From NCBI RefSeq assembly GCF_036365525.1, contig NC_090399.1:42316430-42380429 (forward strand): a DNA stretch of 64,000 bases, written 5' to 3'. Below the pieces are notes generated by a model. It did not search any database and was not told the origin of the DNA. It saw nothing but the letters and a program-made list of their open reading frames with translations. Position 1 is the stretch's first letter; every line of letters begins with the position of its first letter. The translations under genes and the position numbers were made by a program. This DNA is from Heterodontus francisci. Its lineage: Eukaryota. Positions 1-12,246 of this stretch are shown here, piece by piece.

Positions 1-850
1 TTCCATTGATTTGCTCTCCTTGTATTTGCTAAAAGCCTCACTTTTCCTTCTCATCGTACCCTGAATGTTTCTGGTCATCCATGGTTCTCTGGGCTTGTTG
101 CTTCCCTAAAGGGACATGTTGGGCCTGTACCCGCCCCATTTCCTTTTTGAATGCACCCCACTGTTCTTCTGTAGATTTCCCGACAAGTAACTCTTTCCAG
201 TCTACCTTGGCCAGATCCTGCCTTATTTTACTAAAATTCGCTCTTCCCCCAATCCAAAACCTTTTTTTGCAACTTGTCCATTTCTTTCTCCATAAAAAGA
301 TTAAATTGTACCATGTTGTGGTCGCTATCACCAAAATGCACCCCCACCAACACATCAACCACCTGTCCGGCTTCATTCCCCAGAATTAGGTCCAGCACTG
401 CACCCTCCCTTGTTGGATCCTCTACATATTGAGCTAAAAAGTTCTCCTGTATGCATTTTAAGAACTCCATTCCATCTAAACCCTTAACACGATGACTATC
501 CCAATTAATGTTGGGAAAGTTGAAATCACCTAATATAATTACCCTATTATTTTTACACACCTCTGCAAATTGCGCACATATTTGCTCCTCAATTTCCCGC
601 TGACTATCTGGGGGTCTATAATAAACACCTAGCAATGTGGCTGTCCCTTTTTTATTCCTAAACTCTACCCATAAAGCTTCATTTGATGCCCCCTCCAAGA
701 TATCATCTCTCCTTACTGCATTAACTGACTCCTTAACTAATATTGCAATGCCCCCTCCTCTTTTACCCCCTCCTCTGTCTTGCCTGAAGATTCTATATCC
801 TGGGATATTGAGCTGCCAATCCTGCCCCTCCCTCAACCATGTCTCCGTGA
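1..850 (-). mobile_element. CR1-type LINE ORF2 fragment (AP endonuclease domain), continues left of window
   Basis: Translation AITETWLREGQDWQLNIPGY...GVYYRPP...ILGDFNFPNINW...LDLILGN...SDHN has the APE motifs. Nearly the same sequence as the + strand copy at 36.7-37.8 kb. Confidence 0.9.
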
Positions 851-1366
851 TGGCCCCCCGACACCTTCCCACTCTTTGGGGTGTAAAATTCAGCCCATAT
901 TCTAAGAGGGTAGTTTCCTCTTCCTGTGCTACAAATCTCATTAAGGGGACCCCTAACTTCATGCCCATTGACCAATTCAGATGGACTGAAACCAGTGGAT
1001 TCATTGTCCCTGGAGGCAAATAATAAAAATGATATCCCTTTTATACCAATCATGATACGCAAAAATTTAGGTCTTTATCGTACTTTTTATGGTTTGGTGA
1101 TGCCTTTCCAAAGCACCTTGGAACTGCAGACGATTTGAGCTGTTTCACTCCCAAATTACTGTGATCTCTTGAAATACCCTGACATGAAATTTGACCCCTG
1201 ATCCGATTGAATTTCTTTTGGCAATCCATGTCTGGTGAAAAACTGAATTAACTCATTAATCACAACTTTCACAGTGATCTTTTTCAAAGCAATTGCCTGT
1301 GGAAACCTAGTGGGCAAATCCATAATGGTTAGGAGAAACTTGTGACCTGACTTAGTTGTAGGTAAG

Positions 1367-2274
1367 TGTTATGACTGCTCAGGACAAAGCCTACAATCAA
1401 AATGTGATTCTGATTGCCGTGGGAGCAACGCACTGTTAATTCAGTCCCATCACTCCGCAGGTCATGTCATAATTCTTAAAGCTTTCCAAATTGGGAAAAA
1501 TACCCAGCCAAATTGAACAATCTAGTAACCCCTAAATGAAGCGAACCAAACCAGGTATCTTTAGATATCAACAAATTCAGATTTTAGTTTTTTTAACAAA
1601 TAGTAAAACACTAAGATAAACCAATATCTGAAGACTTTATAACTAATTTAAAAATCTAACTCATGTATTCGCATACATATACTAAAAATTAACAGTGGTT
1701 CGAGTTTTAAAAGAATGTAGATTTGATAAGTAGCTTTTCTCCGAAATAAAACAAATACACCAGTCTTTGTAAGTTACGTTCCTGATGAATGGTCTTCTAA
1801 TACAACACGGTCAAAGTTCACTTGCAGTCTTCCAAGGTCCGATGAAAACAGGGTCCTTCCAAAGATAGAAATTCAGCAGTTCAGTTCTGCAATTGTAACA
1901 TAAACACAGCAATACTGATACTAAAAGAAAGAAAAGTTTTTCTTATTTTTCTTAGGGAATTAATTATCTTGACTTTGTAGAATCTTGAGAGAGAAATAAC
2001 ACAGCTCTTTTCCCTTCAGTTTAAATTGGCTGAGAGCACTCCTCCTCCCTTCAATTGCTGAAATAGTCTGTCTCTGCCAGCCAGTTTTCAAAAGTCAAAT
2101 TGCAATATTGACTCTCATGTCTTCTCTCTCTCTCTGGCTGTTGCTTGGCAACCAGAATGCACCCTGGCTCACTGTGCCTCTGTGAAGAGCTCTTAAAGGT
2201 GCACTGTTCCTCTTACAGTCTGAAAGGCGCACCACAATATTTCCGAGGAGAAAAAAAAACACAGGACCGTGACA
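1367..2274 (-). repeat. 3' LTR of the inner gypsy element
   Basis: TGTTATGAC...CCGTGACA; colinear with 6425-7364. Confidence 0.9.
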
Positions 2275-5200
2275 CCTCTGCCCTTGGCGAAATGAAACGC
2301 CATTCCCAAAATGCATTTCATTACAATGCAAAAAATAGAAATTGGAAAAACGCCAATTTTTTCCCACATTTACGCACCATTCACTCTACTAATAATTTAC
2401 AGCATTTGCTTTATACCATCACCATCTATGAGCTAATATGGTTAAATCCGTGTCAAAGCATTGGCGATAACATTTTTCCTCAAAATATGTAAACAATTCT
2501 CTAAAATGATCAGATTGCAGCAATAAGTTCCATCAAAACATTTTTGGCTTTAAATCTTACAAGGAGTTTCCCAATTATCCCATTTCAGCCTTCCAAACAC
2601 AGTCTCCCAGGTGTTTGGTGTTTTCCTTCCAAGTGTCCCTATTGTCCATCACCTCAGCCAGGTGAGCTGCACAGCCAGCAGCACTGATCGCTACTGGGTT
2701 CACTATTCTCTGAGAAGTTTCCTGAATACCCCTTAACCTGTGTGACATCACTTGATACTGGAAAACCCATCGGTGTAACAGAAGCTGACTTTTCCTTATC
2801 TTGGGTTGTCAAAGGAATTTGACAATATCCCTCCAACACATCTGTCTCTTTAAGACACATGGTGTTGCCCACTCTGTTCGTACAATCTTTAAATGAGAAT
2901 TCGGGTAGGAGTCTGCCGGCTTTACCGCAATTACTTTTCTATAGTCTATGCAAGTTTGAGCCGACCTACAAACTCTTTTAAATGTTGTGAAAAGCCTGGT
3001 TAGGTTTTCACGCCGTTTTGCCTCTACGTATAAAAGGATATTGTCTAATTTTCCTAGCCATTCTGTATTCACTAATCTGATGGTTGAAGGTACAATCTGA
3101 GAATTTCCTAGGCCTGCTTCTGCCTCATCCTCACTATCCGTTTCCTTCTCAGCAGTCCCGATTACCTGACATACCTGTACTGGCTTATCCTCCTCCCTGC
3201 GATAATATTGCTTCAGCATGTTGATGTGACACAACCGGTTCTTCCGGCAATCAGGGGTGTCAATCAAGTAATCTACTTTATCCGCTCTTTTGATCACTCT
3301 ATATGGGCCGCTAACCCATGCTTCTAATGGTTTTCCCTGCAACGGTAACACTGATACTTCATCCCCTAGTTGAAAATCACAGGCTCTTGCATTCTTGTCT
3401 GCCTATTCTTATTAGCTTGGAATGCTTTCTGGTGTTCCTGAGCTACACCACAAACTTCCATGACCCTTTCCAGGAACACAGATGCATAGTCCAGTATCAA
3501 AGATTCATTCTTTTGTTTCAAGAATCAGTCTTTTATAAGTTTTAGCAGACCTCTTCATCTCGGTAAACCGCTGAGTCTCTGGTGGCAAATAAAATAAAAT
3601 CTCGTCCTTTATCCCAGTCACGTGGATATTCATGACAGTATGTTCTAATCATTGTTTTAAGAGTTTGGTGAAATCTCTGGAAAGCTCCCTGTGACTGTGG
3701 GTGATATGCTGAAGATCTCAACTGTCTAATCCCCAAATTGCCAGTGACTTCTTGAAATATCTTTGACATGAAATTAGAACCTTGATGTGATTGAACTTCA
3801 AATGGTAACACATAATCTTATAAAGAATTGGGTTAACTTTTCTACTACTGTTCTAGCAGTAATTGTCCTCAAAGGACTGGCCTCTGGAAATCGGACAGCC
3901 ATATTCGTGATGGGAAGTATGTATTGATGCCCCGCTTATGTTTTTGTCAAGGGTCGTACATAGTCTACTAAAATCCTGATAAATGGCCCCTCAATCACTG
4001 GTTGGGAACTAATGGTGCTGGTTTTATGGTGGATTGTGATTTTCCCACCATTTGACATGTATGGCGTGTCCTACAAAATTGTCTAACATTCTTTGTAAGA
4101 ACTTGCCAGTAGTAATGTTGGCTTATGATGATTTGGTCTTCCGAATTCCCCCATATCCTGCAAAAGGATTGTCATAATGCTACCTTTAATAATCCTTGGT
4201 GATATTTAGATGGTACCACTATCTGTGGCTCAACAACTGTCCAGTCTTCGTCTGCAGGTCTGTGAGGTGGTCTCCATTTCCTCCTCAAAACCCCATTTGC
4301 CATATAATAGCCTTCCGGAACTCCTTTCCCCTCAGCTTCTGTCAGACTGTCTGTGCCATTCGGTATATCTCTGGATCAGCTTGCTGTACTGCAATGATAG
4401 AGAATCTGTTAAACATCTCATTTGGATTATCTAAATCCCCAATAAGGTTTCAGATACTTGGCTATCTGTTTGTGGTGCACCTTTTACGTCTGTTTAGCCA
4501 TTGCTCTGATGACTACAGACGCAGGAAATATTCCTGGAACTTGTTCCTGTAATTGTTCAGTTTCCTTAATTTCACTCGGTTCCTCTGTAATTATAGGAGG
4601 AACTGATACTTTTGATCCAGCCAAATCATTTCCTAAGAGTAGATCAATTCCCTTTTCTGGCAAACTGTGGACAACTCCTACCGTTATTATCCAGATACTA
4701 AGTCACTGTCTAGGTGTACTTTATATAAAGATACGGGTATATAGTCCCTGCCAATTCCATTAACTGAAACTTTAGCATTCAAGGCGCTCTCTGGCGGAAA
4801 CATTATATCTTTCTCCAGCAAGAATGTTTTCCTGCCTCACCTACAGGATATGGAGTTACTTTCCCCTTTGACAAAAATTCATTATAACTCCTGGATGTTT
4901 TATTCTTAACCTCTACACTTTTAGTTTTACTATCTAGTTTCACAACTGTTGTTAAGCTATAGTTTGATCTGCTCTACACTCAGTCAGAGTCTTTTCCTCT
5001 GCACTAGCTTTGCATACCCCAACAAGTCCTATGAGTTTACCTCTCTCTTTCCAGCATTCTGAATGAAGATGACCCGTTTTGTGGCAATGATAACACTTTG
5101 GCTTGCGAACCTCATTTCTACCCTCAGCACCTTCCTTTCTTACCTGAGGAGGTGATCCTGGGGCATTCCCAGCTGTTCCTTCTTGTCCCCGGCTATTTGC

Positions 5201-6424
5201 CTTCCTTTCGCTCTCCCACATTCTATCCTTCTCGGGGTTATGGGGGTGACAGACAAAAGGTTTTGGCTTATTCACAAGCTCAAAATCATCACTTTCTGCT
5301 GTTTGCCTAGCTTTTAAAACTTTCAGGTTATCTACATGAGTTCTCACGACTGAAGGAATGGAGTTTTTAAACGCTTCTCAATGAATCCACTCCCGAAGGT
5401 TCTCATATGTGGTTTCCATCTTTAACACATACCCAACGGTCAAAAGTAATTTGTTTCACCCTCTCAAATTCTGCCTATGTCTGCCCAGCCAGTCTCCATT
5501 AGTTCAAAACTTGTGATGGTAAGCTTTAGGGACTAACTCATATACAGCGAGAATAGCCTTTTTTGCCATCTCATAACCTGTAGAAGCCTCTTCAGGAAAC
5601 ATGGCATAAACTTCATGAGCTCTGCCCATCATCCTGCTTTGCATAAGCAGTGTTCGGCTTTCCTTCGGCCATTTCAGCTGTTTGGCTATTTTTTCAGAAG
5701 ATATGAAAAAAGCTTCTACGTCCCTTTCCTCGAACTTAGGAAGAGCCTGTATAAATTTAAACAGCTTTTTGCTGGGTCCTGAGCTGAATTCAGATTCTTC
5801 CTGAACCGAATTTTCCTTGGATTCAAGACTACTCCTTTGTCTTAGTTCCATCTCTTTTAACTTAAATTCCCTCTCTTCTCTTTCACTTTTTCTCTGAAGT
5901 TCACGTTTTCTTCTTGCTATTGCTTTTTTCTGTTTCCTGTTGGAACTCCAATTTTTTCATTTCTAACTGAGTCGTAGCCAATTCCAGTGCATTACCCTCT
6001 GACTTGCCACCTTCTTGTATTTCATCTTCTCCTCCTTCTAATTCCAGATGTTCGGCTATTAAGTCAATTATCTCTGCTTTTTTGGTACCTGATTTCAATT
6101 CTAACCCAATTTTGCGGCCGTTCTTTTAATTTATTCTTGGATAATGTTATCAAGTCACTGAGGGAAGCATTCTGCTTTCCCAAAAACTCTTCTGCAACCG
6201 TTAATGCCATTACTATGGTAAGAGACCTTGCTCTTTATATTTCTTCATAATTGCCGTTAGATTTAGATCACAACAATCGAGTTTCCAATTGATATGTTCC
6301 CAGACGCGAGAACAATTAATATGATTCCAAAAGCAAGTCCTCCAAATAAGTCTGATTCTAATCCCAGGCGCAAGCCGCCTAATTAAAATATGATTTGATC
6401 GCGGATGAGCCTGCAGTTAAAATA

Positions 6425-7364
6425 TATAACGACCGTTCAGGACAAAGCCCCCAATCAAAATATATGATTCTGATTGTGCTGGGAGCTATGCACTGTCAAT
6501 TCAGTCCCAACACTCGCACAGGTTGCATCATACTTCAAGCTTTCCAAATGGGGGAAAAAACAGCCAAATTGAACAATCTAGTAACCCCCAAATGAAGCGA
6601 ACCAAACCAGGTATCTTTAGATATCAACAAATTAACTATTAATTTTAAAAAAAAACTAAAATCTTAAACGCTAAGATAAACCAATATCCAAAGACCTTAG
6701 ACCTTATTTAAATATCTAACTCCCACAATCGCGTACATATATTAAAAATTAACAGTGGTTCAGGTTTTAAAAGAATTTTATAAGTAGCTTTTCTCAGAAA
6801 TAAAACAAATAAGTCTTTGTAAGTTACGTTCCTGACGAATGGTCTTCTACTGCAACACGGTCAAAGTTCGCTTGCAGTCTTCCAAGATCCGATGAAAAAA
6901 GGGTCCTTGCAAAGATAGGAACTCAGTTCAGTTCAGCAGTTGTAGCATAAACTGTCCTTTCAGTGATAAACAGAGCAATGCTGATACTTTGTTAAGAAAG
7001 AAAAGCTTTTCTTACTTTTTTTAGGGAATTAATTTGGCTTGACTTTGTCGAATTTTCTTGAGATAAATAACACTGCTCTTTTCGCTTCAGTTGGAATAGT
7101 CTCAGAGAGCTGTCCTCCATTCAATTGCTGAAATAGTCTGTCTCTGCAAACCATTGTTAGCCAGCCAGTTTTCAAAAATCAAAGTACAATATTGAATCTC
7201 GTGTCTTCTTTCTCTGTGTGGCTGTTGCTTGGCAAACAGAATGCATCCTGGCTCACTGTGCCTCTGTGGACAGTTCTTAAAGGTGCACTGTTCCTTTTAC
7301 AGTCTGAAAGGTGGACCGCAATATTTCCGAGGAGAGAAGAAAAAAATAACACAGGACCTTGATA
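6425..7364 (-). repeat. 5' LTR of the inner gypsy element
   Basis: TATAACGAC...CCTTGATA; a diverged copy of 1367-2274. Confidence 0.9.
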
Positions 7365-9730
7365 TAAGGGTTTGACACAATCCATAAGAAGCGGTTCATC
7401 AGCAGCATGTATCGGTATCAATGGGGCTGGCTTAATCGGCAGCTGTGTCTTCCCTGATACCTAACATGTATGACAAGTTCTGCGAAATTCAACCACCCCT
7501 TTATACAAACCCGGTCAATAAAAATGCTGTCTTATCCTGGCCAGAGTTTTTCGAATAACCACATGACCTGCCGCTGGGATCTCATGGGCAATTCTTAAAG
7601 TTTGAACAACAGCCTGATGAACTATAGCCAAATTCTTAAGAGCAGACCTCCAGGCAGCTTTCCACTTTCTCATTAGAATTTCACTCTTGACATAACAACA
7701 CTCGGGCACCTTTTCAGCTTCTGCCTCGGTACACACCATTTGAGACAACTTCTTAAGTCAGGGTCTACCTGTTGTGCCTCAATCAAAGACGATCTGCTAA
7801 ACAATTCACCATTGCTAACCTTGAAGTCTTTTCCATCAATATCCCCTTCCGAACCCTTGAAAAAAGTTTCAGCCAAGGAAACATCCGAATTGTCCTCCAC
7901 AACAGCTGAATGCTTCTCACCTTGTTTAATTTTATGAGCCTGGGATCTTGTCAGCACTCAATATGGTATTATTCCAGGAAATTCCTACTGCGAAACTTTG
8001 GTTTCAGCAACCTCAACTGGCTTTTCTGGAACTACTGGAGACACCAATACATTATCCCCAGCTAAGTCATTACCTTGCAATAAGTCCACCACTTCAATGT
8101 GCAAATCGGGGATGATTCCCACTGTTACTGGACCGGTGACTAAATGACATTGCAAATTAACCTTATGCAATGGAACAGATAAATAACCCCTTTCAATGCC
8201 CCGCACTATGACTTTGACTTTCATTATGCTACTCGGGGGGGAAAACTTGCATCCTTTGCTACCATTAATGACTGGGTTACCTTTGTATCAGCATAATCAG
8301 TTTGCCTGCCTCATTGACAAATATGGGGACACCTTACACCTGAACAGAAAACTTCTATAGCCTTCATGGACCTGACTTAATTCCTTAACACACCTCTGTT
8401 CACTATCCAACATCGCCAAAGCTACTGGCTTGTCAGCAGTGCTACCTATTGTGGCATCCTTTTCAGGACAGGCTTTTGATAAACCTACCACAGCTACCAA
8501 TTTGCCTTTTAACTTCCAGCATTCTGATTTTATATGCCCTTTTATTACAAAAATATCATATTGGTCTTTTTGCCTCAACCCTAGTCTCCTGAATCTTTTT
8601 TAGCGCCTGTATCCTCTCCTTTACACTTTCTCACAAAAACCAAATCTCTTCTCATTATCAACCCTCCTATCTTTCTAATTTCTCTGAAGGTTTCAAAACT
8701 GAGGTCTGTAACTACACCTTTTTTGGGTCAATTCGTAATCATCTGCCATTCCTTATTTTACCAACTTTATTCCTCCAGTGGGACCATATTCTTGAAGGGA
8801 TACTATTTTTTAATTTGTTCATTAGGATTACATCCCCAAGGCTTTCTCAATCCTCATGGACCTATACCATCAATCAAATAACATTTTCTCCTCTCCAGCA
8901 ACTTCCATAAATGTCTGGCCTTTTTTAAAATTCCTGAATTTTTTTCCTGTAAACCTCTGGTACCAATTCTTAAGCATTGAGAACTGCAGTTTTAACCATT
9001 TCATAATCACTTGACTGTTTCCCCCAAAAGTGTTGAATACACCGCTAATGCTTTCCCCACCAACACACTTCATAATATTGTCCGACTTTCTTTCCATTGC
9101 ACCTCGGTAGCAATTTTTTCAAAAGATACAAAGTACATTTCAGCTCCTTCCTTGCTGAATTTAGGCACCAAGCGAATATTCCTTGCCAAACTAAAACCAG
9201 AAGATAAATCGATTCATCCTCAAACCTTCCTGCCACCCCCTGTTCATGTAATCTAAGCTTTTCTTTGTCCAGTTCAAACTTCCTGGTTTCTCTTTCTTTA
9301 TCTTTCGCTTCTAAATTCAAGTTTTCTCATTTAAAACTGTAATTGTCTGTCCCTTTTTCTTTTTGAAGTTCCAGTCACCTCATTTGTAACTAAATTCTAG
9401 CTAACTCAATCTGAGAGCTACCAGGAACACAATTTTCTTCCTCGAGGGTAAAATGCTGAGCCAACACTTCCATAATTTCTGTCTTTTTGGCTTTTGAACT
9501 TAACTAACCCCCTACTTGCTCTGCTGCAGCTATTAAGGTATTCACTGTTAATGGTGTTAATTCAATGAGAGTCAAATCTTCTCTCTCTGCAAAAGCTTGA
9601 GCAACAAAAGTAGACATGCTGACTTTTCTTTAAGTACAGCAAAAGTAATTGTAAAATCTTATTTGTTTAAATTCCGGCAAATTCCAATGTACAGCCCCTG
9701 AATTCATATCCCGGCCCTGAGTCCCCAATT

Positions 9731-10661
9731 TGTTACAACCTCAGTGAGACAGTTAACGTTAAAATATGAGATATAAACCCCCAGACCAGTTTAAAGAATT
9801 ACACAAGATTTCACATTTGAAGATTTTTATTATAACTAAACTAAAGGAAATCCCCATTAACTAAACAGTACTTTGTAAGTAGCTGATACCCCAAATTACA
9901 GGGAAAGGTATTTTATTTATTTATTAAAACACTTGAAAACCTCACACCACACTTATGTTACACCATCATCCTTGATGGTGAAATCGCTGCAGCTAAAAGT
10001 CCCAAACTCCTCCTAGTTGCAATGGGTTGGATCTCCCAGACCTTTCTCAAAGTCAATGTCCTCTTTGCTCACTTCTTCTGAGCACTTTCAACCTGGACGT
10101 CTTTGCATAAGGTGATTTCTGGTGATTCTGTTGGTCTTTTACTTTTCTGCAAACCTCAACTTTCAAAACAGGTTCAAGTCTTTGAAGCCTTTTGCTCTAT
10201 CAGTCTTCTGAGAGCAGGTGTTCTCTCTGTCTTTCCTCTCTGAGGTTGCCACCACTAGTCGTCTTCCTTACAGCCTGCTGGCTTATGAAAATCTGTTGAA
10301 TTTAACTGGAATATAGCCAATTGTCTCTTCCAATATGCAAAGTCCACAATTCTGGCTATAGCAGAGCCACCTGGACTTTCCACTGTTTCTAGGTGTTAAC
10401 AACTGCTATTCATGTTCACATTCTCAGAGTCACTGGCTCCTTGTTTACAATCTGAAAGTCTGGGAGGGTGAAACCCATTGTTCTTCAGGTGTTATAACCC
10501 TGCAGTCTCTGCTTTTCAAAAAAATCTTTGATCTTGGTGCTTTATTGTCCTGGTAACCAAGATCCCCTTCTTGAAGCAGAGTTGATGTGAAGTCACCTGA
10601 CTTTTCCGACTCCATCTTAAACTTTTAAAAATCGCAGTTTTTAAAACATAATCGTGTTACA
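9731..10661 (-). repeat. 5' LTR of the outer gypsy element
   Basis: Bounded by TGTTAC...GTTACA (TG..CA) and directly adjacent to the PBS. Confidence 0.7.
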
Positions 10662-10822
10662 AAGTTCAGCATTCGTAACGAGAGAGGGAAATAAATATTA
10701 ACTGTCAATGTTTCAAAGTCCTCACACCAATTATAGAGGGCAGTAATCGAGTCAGTGTATCCTGGAATATTACATATGACAGGACCCAGTGTATTCTCTC
10801 CTTGATTCACTCTCTCCAACAG

Positions 10823-10927
10823 AACTAAAGTCTGGCTCCCAGGTTCCTGTTACTGTCTGGATTGTACTTGGGATCCTCGGGCTGATCGTCTTTCTCGCCA
10901 TTGTGGCTGCCATCATCAAGAGGAAAG
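10823..10927 (+). CDS. MHC class I connecting-peptide/transmembrane exon: (E)LKSGSQVPVTVWIVLGILGLIVFLAIVAAIIKRK
   Basis: Acceptor ctctctccaacag, donor gtagga; 105 nt, phase 1-1; ~22-aa hydrophobic stretch followed by a KRK stop-transfer motif. Confidence 0.8.
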
Positions 10928-10959
10928 GTAGGAATTGGAGATAATATGGACAGGACCTC

Positions 10960-11430
10960 ACTGTGGGTGATGGGGCTGCAGGCTCCAGAGGGTGACGCTC
11001 AAGATGTAGGGGGTGAGGCTCAGGATAATGAGGAGGGGCCCAGATTGGGGAGGAGCGGCTAAGCTGAGGGCCCAGGGCCGGGGCCTGTGGAGTGGCAAAG
11101 AGGGGCCCGGGGCCAGGGCCCTGGGGAGGGGTGGTGTTGAGGAGCCGGGGGCCTTGGGATGGCGTTGAGGAGCCAGGGCCTTGGGGTGGCAATGAGGGGG
11201 CCAGGGCAGGCACCGGGGGGTGGGGGTGGGTAGCGATGAGGGGCCTGAAGCCGGGGCCTGGAGGGGTGGTGGCAATGAGGGCCCGGGGCCTGCGGGTTGG
11301 CCATGAGGGACCCATGGCCCGTGGATGGCGGTGAGGGGGGCCAATGCATGGGGGGTGGCGATGAAGGGCCCAGTGCCAGGGCCTAGAGGTGTTGATGAAG
11401 GACCCTAGTGCTGGGTGGTGATGAAGGGCC
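10960..11430 (+). repeat. G-rich degenerate tandem repeat in the TM-cytoplasmic intron
   Basis: Recurring GGGGTGGTGGCAATGAGGGGCCCGGGGCC-like units. Confidence 0.6.
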
Positions 11431-11540
11431 CATTGTGGGATGGACATTCCATCTCTCCCTTTCACTTGGAGTTCCTGCCTGTCTCCTCTCTGATTTTCAG
11501 TTGGTTTCTCGTCACTCACTGAGTATTCCTTGTTTTACAG

Positions 11541-11573
11541 TGACAGAGAAGAGCGGCTACAATCCTACAAAGA
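11541..11573 (+). CDS. MHC class I cytoplasmic exon: (V)TEKSGYNPTK
   Basis: Acceptor tgttttacag, donor gtaagc; 33 nt, phase 1-1, in frame with the TM exon. Same size as class I exon 6 and carries the conserved SGY tyrosine motif. Confidence 0.8.
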
Positions 11574-11670
11574 GTAAGCTGACCATCAAACATCCTCTAG
11601 ATCTCCATGTGCCTGTGTCAATCAATGACCATTGTGTGTCTGATATACTCAACAGCTCATTACTCTGTCT

Positions 11671-12246
11671 NNNNNNNNNNNNNNNNNNNNNNNNNNNNNN
11701 NNNNNNNNNNNNNNNNNNNNNNNNNNNNNNNNNNNNNNNNNNNNNNNNNNNNNNNNNNNNNNNNNNNNNNNNNNNNNNNNNNNNNNNNNNNNNNNNNNNN
11801 NNNNNNNNNNNNNNNNNNNNNNNNNNNNNNNNNNNNNNNNNNNNNNNNNNNNNNNNNNNNNNNNNNNNNNNNNNNNNNNNNNNNNNNNNNNNNNNNNNNN
11901 NNNNNNNNNNNNNNNNNNNNNNNNNNNNNNNNNNNNNNNNNNNNNNNNNNNNNNNNNNNNNNNNNNNNNNNNNNNNNNNNNNNNNNNNNNNNNNNNNNNT
12001 CTCTCGCAATCTCTCTCTCGCAATCTCTCTCTCGCAATCTCTCTCTNNNNNNNNNNNNNNNNNNNNNNNNNNNNNNNNNNNNNNNNNNNNNNNNNNNNNN
12101 NNNNNNNNNNNNNNNNNNNNNNNNNNNNNNNNNNNNNNNNNNNNNNNNNNNNNNNNNNNNNNNNNNNNNNNNNNNNNNNNNNNNNNNNNNNNNNNNNNNN
12201 NNNNNNNNNNNNNNNNNNNNNNNNNNNNNNNNNNNNNNNNNNNNNN
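11671..12246. other. Assembly gaps (329 N at 11671-11999; 200 N at 12047-12246) around a short (CTCTCGCAAT)-type repeat
   Basis: Runs of N seen directly. Confidence 0.99.

Larger units (their letters stand above)
1367..7364 (-). mobile_element. Degenerate two-LTR Gmr1-like Ty3/gypsy element (gag-pro-INT-RT order)
   Basis: Paired ~0.9-kb LTRs; 4-bp TSD TAAG (1363-1366 / 7365-7368); gag CCHC knuckle CYHCHKTGHLHSEC; integrase core (3542-3811) and GPY motif, followed by RT remnants (CIDYRK, GYCQIPL..EKSASVTP); degenerate tRNA-Pro PBS ~6397-6414; polypurine tract ~2275-2287. Many stops and frameshifts. Confidence 0.9.
930..10661 (-). mobile_element. Degenerate Ty3/gypsy LTR retrotransposon (outer element; gag-protease-integrase), split by a younger LTR element at 1367-7364
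   Basis: gag remnants at 8300-9600 (KGHIKSECWK knuckle), protease region ~8000-8250, integrase N-terminus (AHEIPAAGH...TLARIRQHFY) at 7515-7748. Removing the inner element rejoins the integrase core as MDCVKPLPTTKSGHKFLLTIMD. tRNA-Pro-like PBS (TGGGGACTCAGGGCCGGGAT) at ~9708-9727. Confidence 0.85.
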
